Under the pieces are notes generated by a model that had not been told where the DNA came from, searched no databases, and worked only from the letters and a program-made list of their open reading frames with translations. Shown here one piece after another: positions 11,137-24,069 of a stretch of 64,000 bases of DNA. Position 1 is the first letter of the stretch, and every line of letters begins with the position of its first letter. Position numbers and translations under genes: made by a program. Source of the DNA: Octopus bimaculoides (taxonomy: Eukaryota); assembly GCF_001194135.2 (NCBI RefSeq), contig NC_068987.1:60626085-60690084 (forward strand). Reading direction: 5' to 3'.

Positions 11137-12369
11137 TTATTTGGACATTTAATGCAAAGACATGGTGTTACAGTAAAAGAAAATGTTTAGTTGAAAGTCT
11201 AATTTATAAGCAAGTCCAATTATACAAGCAAAAAGCATTCCAACTTTGGCTTCCATTATTTTATGATTGCTTAGAATTATATGATACAGTGTGCAGTGAG
11301 CTTTTCTTTGTTTAAGGTGATGCAGTTTGATATGAGGGAAATTTGGCTGCTTTTTCTAGCAAGACAAATGACCTCTTAAAACCTCCTTCAAAAGTGTCCT
11401 ATATACTTGTGAAGCAATTTACCTGTGAGGCTTAAAATAAAATCTTCAGAAAAGCTAAGAATTCTGGGCTTCACAGACATGATGGTATTGAGGGAGTCAA
11501 TTTACACCAATATAGAAATATAAGGACAAGGAGGAGGAAGAAAACAAAGGTGGTGGTGGTGGTGGTGGCGGCGGCGGTTAATGACCATTGCTCCTGAGTG
11601 GTAGTCCTTGGATCAGTTCCAAAATTCAATTGGGGTGCATGGTTTACTTTTTTAAAAGAAATTTTACAAGCAATATTCAACGTTGAGTTTCAAATGAGAG
11701 GAGAGTTTTGGCTGAGCCTGACAGATGCACTGTCAAAGGGCTTGCAAAAAGTGACAAAGGTAGTATGTGTGTTGGCTTGGAGTTGTAGTTGAATGCCACT
11801 TATAAGTTATGATGAGGTGTGTAATAGCAGACAGCTTCTGAGCATGCATGCACATTTGTGTGTGTGTGTTTTATTTAGAGATTACTAGAAAGATGTGCCT
11901 CAGGTCAGTCTGAGTGAAAGTGAAGTGGTACCTTCTAGTTTTAAGAGCAGAGTTCATTGTTTAGTGTCAGTGTACTTGTGTATATATGTATATGTATGCC
12001 TGTTCTTTTGTTTACACACACACACACACACACTCACACACATAAAGTTAATGTATTTGTGTTTCTGTGATTGAACCAGGATTATTGACCTTTTACAAAT
12101 CCCCTTCTGAATTTATACAATTCCACTTTATCTAAATATCAATTCTTCTCAGAAATTTTCTGCTTAGGAAATTCAATATTTTTGTTTGTTTCTATTTTTC
12201 TAAGTTCTACAATAAGAAACCATCACAAATAGGCTGACATAGCTTTTATATATTTATAAATACCCACCCCCACACACACACACACACACACATATTATGT
12301 GTGTGTGTATGATTAAAATTTTCACTTCTCAACTATGGTTTTATATTCATTCACACTACATAGCACCCT

Positions 12370-12710
12370 GGTCCTTCTATAATCCCTGGGCCTAACAAGC
12401 CTTGTGAATGGATTTGGTAGACAGAAATTGAAAGAAGCTCATTTTGTGTGTATCATATATATATGTGTGTGAGCATGTGTCATCTTGTCTTGACATTGCA
12501 TGATCCTTGTAAGTGAGCATCAGAATCATGCAAGTGGTGTCTTTAATCTTCAGTCTTTCATGTAAGCATGTTAGGCCATGGGGAATTCTCTCCTTCACCT
12601 GGAAATAAGTACGAGCTGATATCAGGAAGGCTGTCTGGTTGTAGAAAGTCTCTCCTGATGAATTCTGCCTGGCTGATGCAAGCATGGAAAAGTGGACATT
12701 AAAATGGTGA
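12370..12710 (+). mobile_element. Head-3 SINE (5'-truncated) with RTE-type tail
   Basis: caagccttgtgaatggatttggtagacagaaattgaaagaagc body; gcaagcatggaaaagtggacattaaaat end. Confidence 0.8.
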
Positions 12711-14224
12711 GAAATAAGTGAAGACATGTTGGCACTTACAGCATAGCTAAATAGTTTAGCTTGCTAGACACAGTCCAGGATTTAGAAGTTTATTTCTCTA
12801 TACCTAAGTTAAAGGTGAAAGAATAGTACTCATGACCAATTTTTAGTGTCTCAGATTAGTGCTCAGAACAAAAGAATATATTTTTAAGTCAATGGCTTAT
12901 TCACACCTCAAACACTTGCAATAGAGTGAACGTTGCTAAAAAAACCCAAGAATCATATTGTAGTGTTAAAATGATCAATGTATTAAGCCTGTCCCCAAGG
13001 ATGGAGGAATTATTCCTTCAGTGGGCTTCTACAGAGTTTTAGTTGAATGAATTCTACTCAGAAACCTTTGGTTGACCCATAGCTATGGTAGAAGTCACTT
13101 GGTCAAGGTATTGCCTGGCAGAACTGAATCCAAAGCCATGTAGTTAAGAAGCCACTTTCCTAGCCACTGAACCATTTTGACATGTATCATATTTTCCAGC
13201 AGGCAAGTCAACATAGTATGTAGTGTAAACATTCAAACATCACCACTATCTTTCCAAATTTTGCTGCATTTCACTTGGAAATTTTAGTCTGAAAGATTTG
13301 ACTTGCGTGTTGGAAAATATGATATGTCATATCTGTGCACATGCCATGCCTGTTCATATTCGATGTAGGAATAAACAAGAAGAGAACTTCTATGTAATAA
13401 TTTGGCCTGTCAGAAATAATGACCAAATTTCCTTCAGATCACATTTTGCTATCTCAAAATGGATAATGTAGTTTTAGGTGTACATAAGAAATAGGATGGC
13501 TATAGCTGGGACGTTTTTGAGACCATAGATCTCTTTAATCAGAGCTGAAAAGCAATAGACTATTTGAAATAACCAGTGAATGTATTCTTTGTATATGTAT
13601 CAGAACATCTGTGGTAAGGAACCACTCTGTTGATCAGATGACCTCAACATTAGTATATATTCACTGTTAAGAAATTAAAGAAACAGGTGATGGTATGCAT
13701 TGGCAAAAATGGTACGATGATGGCCCTGAGTTTAGATTAGTTTCTGAGCAGAATTTGCTGAAATTTTAGGTTTCAGTATTTAATCTTCAAAAGAGAAAAT
13801 TAGTTGTTGCAGAAAAAAAAAAAAAAGAAAAACGAATAGCAATCATGGTATGGAAGACTAGCATTAGCCAGTCAAAAATAGACAGAAATTAACTTCACTT
13901 TAATTATTTATTACTTGGTGTCATAATTTTCATTACACTGTCTGCAATATAACATGGTCGCTAAAACGGTTCTGCTGTATGTTTTTAAATAGTTAACATG
14001 AGTTTTTCACACTGTAATGACTTTAGTTTCAGCTTGAGATCAAACTATTTGCCAGACAGGTACAAAACATTAAGAAAAAAAAACAAGCCCTTATTATTCA
14101 TATAGAAAGACAGTTCTATAACATTAGATTCTGCTTCTTTCGTGGTATACATATCTAGCAAAATTTATGAACTTTACTGAAAACCACTGGACTTTAGCCT
14201 AAATCATTTGAAACACATACCCAT

Positions 14225-14484
14225 GTCCATACCAAGTGGCTGTGTTCCATCACCATTGGAACCAAAAATTTCAAAGCTACCGGAAGAGAAACGGAAAAAA
14301 TCAAATGACTAAGAGAAAGGCTCAACAAAATCAACCTCGCCCTCGACCAACATTACCATGCAGTAAATGCCATTGCCTCTTCTATGTAAGAATTGGTCTA
14401 CTTAGTCATCAATGCCATCACCATAAAAGAAGCATTCAGCAAAGGAGGAACTAAATTTCCGGATGCGAGATGAAGCTGATGACA
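14225..14484 (+). mobile_element. 3' end of an RTE-like LINE with a C-terminal C2H2-type motif
   Basis: TLPCSKCHCLFYVRIGLLSHQCHH matches the CxxC..F..RIGL.SH...H ending typical of these ORFs. Confidence 0.75.
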
Positions 14485-14684
14485 AATTACTTGACACTCT
14501 GTGTCCTTGGCAACAAAAGGACTCTTTGTCAATGCATTTTTTCCATTTTTTTGTCATTCTGACTCTAAATTAGTACTGTTAAGGAGATTGTGGCACTGTT
14601 CATAAAACTAAACAGGCAAGGTGTCAGGAAGATACTATATTTGGTGAATGGCCGAGTTTCAATACATCATCACATATATTCTTT

Positions 14685-15105
14685 TCTGCTCTAGGTACAA
14701 GGCCTGAAATTTTTTGGGAGACGACCAGTCAATTAGATTGAACCACAGTATGCAACTGGTACTTAATTTATCGTCCCGAAAGGATGAAAAGCAAAGTCAA
14801 CCTCGGTGGAATTTGAACTCAGAACATAAAGACAGATGAAATACTGCTAAGCATTTAGCCTGGCATGCTAGCGTTTCTTATTTCTTTATTACCCACAAGG
14901 GGCTAAAAACATAGAGGGGACAAGGACAGACAATGGGATTAAGTCGATTGCATTGATCCAGTGCGTAACTGGTACTTAATTTATCAACCCTGAAAGCATG
15001 AAAGGCAAAGTCGACCTTGGCGGAATTTGAACTCAGAATGTAGCGGCAGACAAAATACCGCCAAGCATTTCGCTCAGCATGCTAACGTTTCTGCCAGCTC
15101 TCCAC
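14685..15105 (-). mobile_element. SINE-A dimer (delta unit, then headless beta' unit)
   Basis: Same architecture and junction (gcatgctagcgtttcttatttctttatt) as 37430-37862. Confidence 0.85.
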
Positions 15106-15149
15106 CTTTACATCATCACACATTGTCTCTGAAAAAGATGACAAGAAAA

Positions 15150-15500
15150 CATATGCTAGTGCTTATTTATTATCTTTTACTTGTTTCAGATATTAGACTG
15201 CGACCATACTGGGGCACCACCTTGAATTTTTTTGTTGAGCAAACGCAGCCACTTATTTTCTATATTGTAAGTGAAGTATTATTCTATCAGCTGCTTTTGC
15301 TAAACTGCTAAGTTACAAGGGATGCAAACACACCCACATTAGTTGTCAGGTGATGGTGGGGGACAAACACTAACACAAGGAAACACACACACATAATGGG
15401 CTTATTTCACTTTCCGCCTACCATATCCATTAAAAAGACTTTGGTCGGCCTGAGGTTGTAGTGGGACTGAACCTGGAATCACATAGCTGGAGAGCAAACT
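15150..15500 (-). mobile_element. Head-3 SINE with T1 tail
   Basis: Reverse complement of the 27009 element. Confidence 0.8.
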
Positions 15501-15595
15501 TCTTGCCACATAGCCACTTTCCTCTGAAGCATTACACAACGATGAAGTTTACAGCAATTCCTATAAGTTCTATGACACCACCACCATCACCACAA

Positions 15596-15636
<41 letters not shown>

Positions 15637-16649
15637 TCCATATTGCCATTGCTTTTTATTCCAACCTCTTTATAGAGTGGAATGGACAGTGGGTGTTTTC
15701 AGTAGAAGCCACTCACCAGACATGTGTCTGATTACTCATTGTGTTCTGAGTGGATCAATTAAAACATTTTTTTGCTGTAGTGATGATGAGGTATATTGTG
15801 GGAAACCTGAGTTTGAAAGTTGTAGAATATCTACTTCAGTATGATCATTATCATCGCTGTCATCATCACAATTCTAATATGCACTTTTCTGAGTGTAAAT
15901 AAGTCAGATGGAATTATTGAAGACAGATTTTTCTATAGTTGGATGCCCTTCTTGTTATCAACCCATACCTATTTCCAAGCAATGACACTGCTTATATGTC
16001 AGTGCTGCTTGTTTACAGCTATCGTTGATGTGAAGATAGGAGACACAAGCACATATAGATACATGCAAATGCACAGAGAGAGAGAGAGAGAGAGATTGTT
16101 GATCTAACTAACAATATAGAGATAATTTTTCCTATTTTAGCATCATTTTCCCATTACTGGTTGTTTACAACCTCTCAGGAGCTGGCTATCTCTCTGAATA
16201 CTACTAACCATAATGTCTGACTAGAGTTGGTTCTGTAAATATTTCATACTTTAAAAAAAAAAGTAACAAAATTTGAAGACATTCTAGTGACCCTCAAAGA
16301 GTGGTGGCTTATTTTGGTTTTCATAGTATTAATCAGATAAGAGACATAGTTTTCTCATAGAGAAAACACTAAGTCTATTGTAAGTTACATTCCTAGGTGA
16401 TCTGGTCCCCATTGCCTGATAACTTGTCAGTAGTGGAGGTTTTTACATGGTTGTTCAGCTTGCTAGAAATAGCAGCTATATTTCTCTCAAACTACACTCT
16501 ACTTTCTTTAACAACAAACACATTGGATAATGTAGTTTGGTGTACACTATACCTAAAAAAAATACATATTGTATGGTCATTGCTGGAATGTCTAATTATT
16601 TTCAGTGGGAGATACAGTAATGATTTGTTGAAATAGTTTTGTAGTTTGT

Positions 16650-16870
16650 CTTTAGCATTCAGATTATTTTGCCCTTGTAATGCTTATTTATTCACATTGT
16701 TTTGAATTAATAATCATACATTAATTTATTGCTTCAAGATATTTCATTGATGTCATTGTTTACTTTTAGAATTTCATTGTAGGGTAAGTGTGATAAGTTG
16801 GATGTGGCTGGTGTCAGCATAAAGTAGATATAATATTTGGGCATTATATGGCTGGTTTAATGCTAATGGG
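16650..16870 (+). mobile_element. MITE-C (piggyBac-type, TTAA) copy
   Basis: tttagcattcagatt...tttaatgctaatggg; same body as 18703-18917, 53775-53947 and 59895-60120. Confidence 0.75.
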
Positions 16871-16884
16871 TTAGATGCTGTCTG

Positions 16885-17266
16885 TGGAGGCGTAATGGCC
16901 CAGTGGTTAGGGCAGCGAAGTCGCGGTCATAGGATCGCGGTTTCGATTCCCAGACCGGGCGTTGTGAGTGTTTATTGAGCGAAAACACCTAAAGCTCCAT
17001 AAGGCTCTGACAGGGGATGGTGGCGAACCCTGCTGTACTCTTTCACCACAACTTTCTCTCACTCTTACTTCCTGTTTCTGTTGTGCCTGTAATTCAAAGG
17101 GTCAGCCTTGTCACACTGTGTCACGCCGAATATCCCCGAGAACTACGTTAAGGGTACACATGTCTGTGGAGTGCTCAGCCACTTGCATGTTAATTTCACG
17201 AGCAGGCTGTTCCATTGATCGGATCAACTGGAACTCTCGACGTCATAAGCGACGGAGTGCCAACAA
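16885..17266 (+). mobile_element. tRNA-derived SINE, head 1 + tail A, about 380 bp (possibly octopus OR1 family)
   Basis: A-box TGGCCCAGTGG, B-box GGTTTCGATTCC, many intact CpGs, ends cgacggagtgccaacaa. The OR1 name is from recalled size and structure only. Confidence 0.85.
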
Positions 17267-17659
17267 GATGCTATCTAAATAAATACACAGCGGTGGGTTT
17301 GAACTCCAGACCTTTCAGTTAGTAGTCCAGTACTGTATACACTAGCAGCCATACTGTTTGTTTTGTCAATTGAGCTTCTGGCTGTTTAACAATGGTCTAA
17401 TGAAAAATCTTCTAAACAGTCACCTGACTTGTTAGGTATAGCAGTCAAATACTCTACTCATATACAACCATTATTAAAATGAGAAGGACACAGTGGACAA
17501 TGTAGTTGTAGGTATATGCAAAACGAGGAGATAGTCATGGGTGGATTGCTTTGATCATAAGTCTACTCTCTAGGGCTCACCTGGAAGTAAACAACAATGA
17601 CAGTAATACAAACTTTAATAGGGGAGGTAGCTATGTAATTATTCACTCTGTAACTATGT

Positions 17660-17975
17660 AGTAGTAGTAGTAATATAGTCATTGTGTACACACTAGTGTT
17701 GTAACTACTGAGTAACTCTAATTTCGTTGTGTAGTCACTGTGTATACACTTGTTTAGTGGTATAGTCACTGTATATGCAGTAGTGCTTTAATATTGTCAT
17801 TGTGTACACATTTAGTAATATAGTCACCACATACACACTAGTTTAATAGTATAGTCATTGTGTACATAATAGTTTTGTAACATAGTCTCTGCTTACACAC
17901 TATATTACTAGTATAGTCACTGCATACATGCTAGTGTAGCAGTATAGTTTAATACTTTGGTCATTGTGTACACAC
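17660..17975. repeat. Degenerate minisatellite, period about 31 bp, about 9 units
   Basis: Recurrent tatagtca(c/t)tgtgtacacactagt. Confidence 0.85.
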
Positions 17976-18215
17976 TGTGGTCAAAAATAATTTCAAATCT
18001 GCTGATACACGACCATTGAAAGTACTCTAGTCAACATGTGTAACTAACTGTGTGTAACATTTTCACATTTACATTAAATGTAAGTTTTTGTGTGTTTAGT
18101 CATGTGTTTAGTCAATCTTTTGATTCCACTTATTTTTGGTTTCCAATAAATGCTTCAATGTTGTCATGACAACAAATCTTCAGAACTGATCAAGATGCGA
18201 TGAGGAGATATCACT
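17975..18215 (+). mobile_element. Possible 5' end of a Tc1/mariner-like element
   Basis: Begins after TA with cactgtggtcaaaaat and has a short decayed ATG frame (MTTNLQN*SRCDEEISLII). No right TIR was found. Confidence 0.3.
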
Positions 18216-18541
18216 TATAATTTGTACAAACTAAGCTAGTGTCCCTGTCATCGTTCTCTCTGTTGAAGTATCTTTCTTCACCTAACCCTGTTTCTCTTTT
18301 CCTTCCCTCCTCTCTCCCCCTATCTCCCCCACCTTGTCTTTCTCTCTGTCATTTCTGTTTTTCTTTATTGCTCTCTTTCTTTAGCTGTTAAAATCCATAT
18401 CTCTCCTCCCTTACTTTGCTTAACTCTTTGAATTTTTCTCCATCTAACTTTATCTTTCTCTGCTCAAACTAAAATAGGTTGGATAAATTTATAAATAGTC
18501 TAAAAGTATTTACACTATTTGAGTTTGAAGACATTGGTTAA

Positions 18542-18980
18542 CCCTTTCGTTACCATATTTCTGTTGAAATACACTGCCTTTGTTTCAAATGATTTCGAAA
18601 ATAATGAAGAATTTAGCAAAATAACTTTGTCATTATTATTAGCCTGGTCTTTGCAACAAATTTACATACAATTTTGACAGGTTTTAATGTAGATCACTTT
18701 AACCCTTTAACATTTAGATTTCTTTATCAAATATGTTTATTTAATCAGATAATTTGAAATTAATTATGAGTTATCTTGAAGCTTTGAGATTTCATTGATG
18801 TGATTACATATTTTTTGAATGGCATTGTAGGCTAGGTGTAACAGACAAGTTCTAACCAGTTTGAACGCAAGACATAAAATATTTGGGCTGGACATGGCCA
18901 GTTTTAATGCTAAAGAGTTAAAGTAAGAGGTTTATATCACGGATCCAAGGGTGGTCTCGAGCAAGTTGGTTACAAAAAGG
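18542..18980 (+). mobile_element. MITE-D (piggyBac-type), split by a MITE-C insertion
   Basis: TTAA|CCCTTTCG...AAAAAGG|TTAA. Removing 18703-18921 restores the contiguous body seen at 31081, 34490 and 55732. Confidence 0.85.
18703..18917 (+). mobile_element. MITE-C nested in MITE-D
   Basis: TTAA (18699-18702) | CCCTTTAACATT ... AATGCTAAAGAG | TTAA (18918-18921). Confidence 0.9.
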
Positions 18981-19374
18981 TTAATTGTTCACTATATCTT
19001 GATTAATTTGCTATCAGCATATTGAGTTATTAATTAACTTGCTAATTATTAGTTCCAAATGAGCTTTCTTTTTCTATTCAAATGAAAGACTATGAAAAAT
19101 GGGTGGTAAGTATAGAAGACTTGTGGAGAAATGAGCTGATTATTGTCCATTGAATGTATAATATTGATTCATGATTAAAACAGATTGCAGGTAATTTTGA
19201 AAATTGACTGCTAAAAGTTTATTAACAAATGTGTTTACTGAAGAGTTCTGTGGCAATCATTAACAATATCTCCTTGATATATTTGGTGAAACAAAACAAC
19301 ACCAAGCCAGTATGAGATCCTCTATATGGTTGCTCAATGCACCAGAAATAGCTGTCAGATTTCCCTCATATATC

Positions 19375-19765
19375 ATCATTGTCATTATCCTTTGAAGCTC
19401 ATTTTCCATGCTGGCATAGGTTTGACGGTTTGACTAAAGCTGGAGAGCTGCACCAGGTTCCAGTCTGATTTGGATTGGTTTCTAAGGTTTGATGCCCTTC
19501 CTAATGCCACTCACTTTATAGTGTGTGCTTGGTGCTTTTAACATAGCACTATCATGAGTACTTTTATGTGGCACTAGCACAGGAATTTGCAGCCCAATCC
19601 TCTTCAAGGGGGTAGTGGTTTTAACACTTCTGCTGCAGAGGGTGAGTCTTCTTGAGTACAGCAAGGCACCAGTTATCTTGATCCTTTGTCATCTCCACTG
19701 TAAGGTTCAATGTCCTGCGATTGACCTTCAGTACTTTCTGAGTTCCCCTCTTCCACAAGTTCTGT
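19375..19765 (-). mobile_element. Older 5'-truncated RTE LINE 3' end
   Basis: ttttccatgctggcatagg...gatgcccttcctaatgccac...cccctcttccacaagtt, homologous to 6568-6987. Confidence 0.8.
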
Positions 19766-21207
19766 ATCTATTTAAATATTTAAGTCACAATATATGGATT
19801 CAAGTAATCTGATAGTATTCATAAAAATAGCTCTTTAAGGTATCATTCTATATTACTTTGAAGGATGTTTTGAATTTTGCATTAATGCAGATATGGAAGT
19901 AATTTATTTATTAGATATAATAATATAATTTGTTTACATGTTTTTAAATTACGAAACAATTTGTCATGATATTAGAATTTTCTTATTGTTAAATAAAATT
20001 TCATCAAACTATTCCTCTGTCATTTATGAGCTTATATATATATATATATATACATATATATAAACCTAATATTTGGCTAATTGTTCCAAGAAAGCATCTG
20101 TTGCTGACAATTTTCATCTGCTACTGTTATATCTTCGTGTCTTTTAACGCTATATAAGAGAGGCTTTCTTAAGACAAATACCACTGTTTAGCAGGCTTTC
20201 AGTGATATATCTACTGTAAGTATTGATGTATATATTTGTTTTTTATATGTTCATTTTGCAGTTGTAGTGTGGGTTAAACAAATATATTATTGAGGCATTG
20301 TTGTGTAACCAGATGCCATTCTTGTCGCTAACCCTTACATGTTTTTCAAGTAAGTGATTTCAGGTGACAACACTGCTCATAGATTGTAGAAATGTAAACA
20401 AACACACACACACACACACACACATACACATGATGTGTATCTTTGTGTGGAGGTGAGTATGTATGTATGTATCTTTGCACCTATATATTGCAAAGACCTG
20501 TGGGCACATACCTGTGGGCATGAGTAACATCCTCTGTCATTTTAAAGTGTACAGAAAAAACAGTGTACAGTTTAAAAACAGCTGCTATTTTTTGTCATTT
20601 TCCTATTGGTATGAAAAATGTCTAAAGTTGGACTTGAGTTTTATCAGCATCTGTTTTGCTTCACGAATTCCCACTAGTTTTGTCCTGGTCGTTTATTCTT
20701 GCTGTATGGTTATTGTTATCTTAATTTTCTGCAAGTACTTCACTTGCTCACATAATTTTTCTATGATTGAGTTAAGAGGAATTGTATTTGCTAAAGTTGT
20801 CAGTCTAACTGATGATCAGTCTGTTCACTTTACAGCCTGCACTTCACACTAAGATTTTTATCTTACTCTTATACATTTTGCACAATTTTCCAACGGACAC
20901 CTAATCTTGCTTTCTATCTTTCTTTCTATTTTCTCTTTTTTCTTTTCTTTTTTTTTTTTTATATTTGGAACAAAAGTAATGTTATCTCAAAGAAAAATGT
21001 TGCATTTGCTCTATGCCGTTATTCTCTTTTTTTTTTTCCTTCCTTTCTGTCTATCTGTTCTGTCCATAAAGAATCTACTAACAAGTATCTAACATGAATT
21101 TTAAAAGTATTTTATAAAATTTCTAAAGACTGCTAATTTATGTGATAATGCAGTGAACCTTTATGACTTGTTCGAAAAATGAATAATATTTGCAATATTA
21201 ATATCTC

Positions 21208-21580
21208 TAGTAAGGTAGCGAACTGGCAGAATTGTCACCATACTGAGCAGAATGTTTAATGACACTTGAGTTCAAATTCTGCTAGGGTCAACTTTGCCTT
21301 TCATCCTTCTGGGGTCAATAAAATAAGTACCAGTTGGACATTGGAGTTGATGTAAACAAATTATCAACACCACCCACCCCACCCCAAAGAGATTGCTGGT
21401 CTTGTACCAAAATTTGAAACCACCAATATTTCTTGTAAAGAAAAGGTAGCAAGCTGGCAGAATCATTAGCATGCGAGGCAAAATGCCTTGCGTCATTTCA
21501 TCTGTCTTTACGTTTTGAGTTCAAATTCCACTAGGGTCGATTTCACTTTTCATCCTTTCAGGATCGATAAAATAAGAATA
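21208..21580 (+). mobile_element. SINE-A alpha copy plus a 3'-truncated copy
   Basis: Two heads (21208 and about 21443), two cores, one alpha tail. Confidence 0.8.
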
Positions 21581-21771
21581 TTTATTGACAGCAAGCCACA
21601 GTATACATAGACAATATTAGGCCTCTTGATCTACAAGGGTGGAAAAGTGAATGTTAAAATGATGATGATACCCTTATCTATTTTTCAAGTGAGGAATCTC
21701 TTATATATTTTTGCAATCACATTCATGCCTTTCTAGCTTTGTTGTTGTTTGTTCCTTCTTGAACTATGCTT

Positions 21772-22047
21772 GGCTCATAAGGTCCAGTTTCCCGGTTTCA
21801 TTGGCATATAGGTTCCCCACCTGGATGGAACGCCAGTCCATCACAGGTGAGCTGCTAGATGCAGGAGGAAAGAGTGAGAGAAAGTTGTGGCAAAAGAGTC
21901 AGTAGACGTTCGCCATTACCCTCTGCCGGAGCCACATGGAGCTTAGGTGTTTCGCTCATAAACACACACATCGCCCGGTCTGAAATTCGAACCCATGATC
22001 CCTCGACTGTAAGTCCACTGCTCTAACAACAAGGCCACGTGCCTCCA
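21772..22047 (-). mobile_element. tRNA-derived SINE, head 1 + tail B, about 275 bp (possibly OR2 family)
   Basis: The first ~170 nt (reverse complement) align with 16885-17055. The sequence then switches to cctgtgatggactggcgttccatccagg, which resembles the V-SINE/mermaid-type motif. Confidence 0.8.
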
Positions 22048-22739
22048 TGCCTTCTAACTTCACTACACTTAATTGAATAATACTATAAGTGTTAATCCAT
22101 CTCACCACTTACCCCCATTAGTTCTGTTTTGCTACATATAATGACATATGACAGCAATCTGTTGCCTCTCCCTCTCACGGTCTTTCCCTTTCTGCCTCTC
22201 TTTTTCTCTCTTGAAATAATGTTGTATATCTACTGAATGTTACTCGCCTCATTTCTCTCCAACAGTCTCAGAATTTTCGCATTCAGTGTCCAGCATATAA
22301 TTAGCCATTATCTGAACTGTAGCCAGCCGAAAGTTTATTTGCGGTTGTTACCTAACAGGGTTGTTTATAGATTTGTTTGACAGAAGGATTCGTCTGTAGT
22401 TTATATATATTAACAACTGATTATGATGTTTTGAAATGTATTTGGAGAAAGTTTTGAAGTTACATATCAAGTCCATAAAGGAATAGATTCTTGTGCTCTT
22501 CTTTATGCGTCAACAAAGTGTCTTTCCAAGTCAATATCAACCAGTAGAATGAATTCTTTACAAATAACTACTTCTTTATCTTTTTCTTTGAGGTGGTGGG
22601 AGGGAGGAGAGAAAAAAAGAGAGAATAGAATAAAATAAATTTCTTTGATTCTCTGTTTTCAGAGAATTGAATCAAAGAACCTATGAGCCAGACATACTTA
22701 AAATGTTAAGACATTGTTAGATCAAATGAAACGTATAAC

Positions 22740-23755
22740 TGACACTCTGTCGGTTATGAAAATCGAAAACAAGGGTTCCAATTGATCCATTGAACAGAAC
22801 AACTTGCTTGAGAAATTAATGTGCAAGTGACCAAGCACTCCGCAGACATGTGTACTCTCAGTGTACAGGGTGGTCTGAAAGTCTTGTTACCCCCTACCGA
22901 AAAGTAATAAGAATAATAGAAAAACAAGTAATGCAGTAATCCAAAGCACGAACTGGATTTAGTTTATTCACTTTCATTGACGCTGTCACACATCAAGAAG
23001 GTCTGTATGAACACCATCGTTTTTGTGGCACAAAATGAAGTGGCACCATGTCCTGTGTGATATTTTATGAAGCTGTGCTTTAGTGATCATTGCAAAGGCT
23101 CTCCAAAAGTGTCCTTCAACTGATGGGTATTCTGATATCGTTCATGTGAAACTCTCTCCATGATAATACCCAACAGAGCATTATTGCAAGATGTGAAGTC
23201 TGGACAGGTGCTGGAAGTTGCTGCAATTCTCACTCTATCCATCTATCTTGATAAATTTGATTTAGCTATTCCCAGACAGTGATAGCATAGTGGGGTGGGG
23301 CACCATCTTGTTGAAACCAACAGTCATTCAGGTCAACATTCAATCTCTGGAACTGTGAAACAAACCACTCCCTTAACATGGCCAAGTGAGATTGCTGGCT
23401 GGCTAACTGTGCCCTTGAAGAAATAGAGTCCTATCAGGTGCTTACTCGATATGGCGGGCCAAATCATTACATATAGGAAGTTGTGCTAAAACAAAAAATG
23501 ATAATAATGACAATAATAAACAATATGTAGTGGGTAACAAGACTTTCAGACCACCCTGTAGTTCTCCGGGAGATTCAACATGACAATGTGAGAAGGCTGG
23601 TCCTTTGAATTACAGATATAACTCATTTTTGCCAACTGAATGGACTGGAGCAATGTGAAATAAAGTGTCTTGTTCAAGAACACAATGCACTGATGGGTAT
23701 CCAACTCATGACCTTATGATCATGAGCCACATGCCCTGACCACTAAGCTATGCAC
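22740..23755 (-). mobile_element. SINE (head 2 + tail A) split by a mariner insertion
   Basis: 22740-22865 and 23559-23755 rejoin as gacatgtgtactctcagtgTAgttctccggg, matching the reverse complement of 17130-17170. Confidence 0.85.
22866..23558 (-). mobile_element. Internally deleted Tc1/mariner, DD41D (rosa/VS) type, 693 bp
   Basis: Perfect 27-bp TIRs CAGGGTGGTCTGAAAGTCTTGTTACCC and a TA TSD. The decayed transposase reads VMIWPAISSKHLIGLYFFKGTV...LAMLREWFV...WFQQDGAPPHYAITVWE*LNQIYQDRWI...PDFTSC. Spacing from the second D to the third catalytic position restores to 41 after small indels. Confidence 0.93.
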
Positions 23756-24069
23756 TGACTTTAATCTGTGATTCGATGTATAATATTAGATTCTGATTAT
23801 AAACATTTGCTACAAAGACCAACTACAGTATTAGTTTAGAGATGTGGAACCAAGCTATTGAAGAAACTGTTCTTACGACACATGAGTAATTTTCATTACA
23901 GAAATGAGGGAATTATCCAAGGTATTTTTCTGGTGATGATCACTGATAAGTTGGATGAACTCTGGTACAGCACAGACATCATCTTTCTATTTTTTTCCGT
24001 GTTAGTGGATCTCTGTCATTCAATGAAGAAGATTCACTTGTTTGATTAACTGCATGACTTTTCCCCAAA

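Noticed and set aside
11549-11578. (GGT)6(GGC)3 GC-rich run and the nearby 64-aa ORF
   Set aside because: Short simple repeat; the poly-Gly frame is closed upstream and there is no CpG-island context.
17290-17345. tRNA-like sequence on the minus strand, and other A/B-box heads
   Set aside because: No complete cloverleaf or acceptor stem; these are SINE heads, not tRNA genes.
17660-17975. Repeat arrays considered as CRISPR-like
   Set aside because: Eukaryotic context, degenerate units, no constant repeat with unique spacers, and no cas genes.
18160-18173. Perfect palindrome GTTGTCATGACAAC matching the RFX X-box consensus
   Set aside because: A single motif inside a probable transposon remnant, with no identifiable TSS nearby.
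20159-20215. Possible exon EAFLRQIPLFSRLSVIYL, reminiscent of a cNMP-binding domain start
   Set aside because: Weak acceptor, only about 12 suggestive residues, and no partner exons found.
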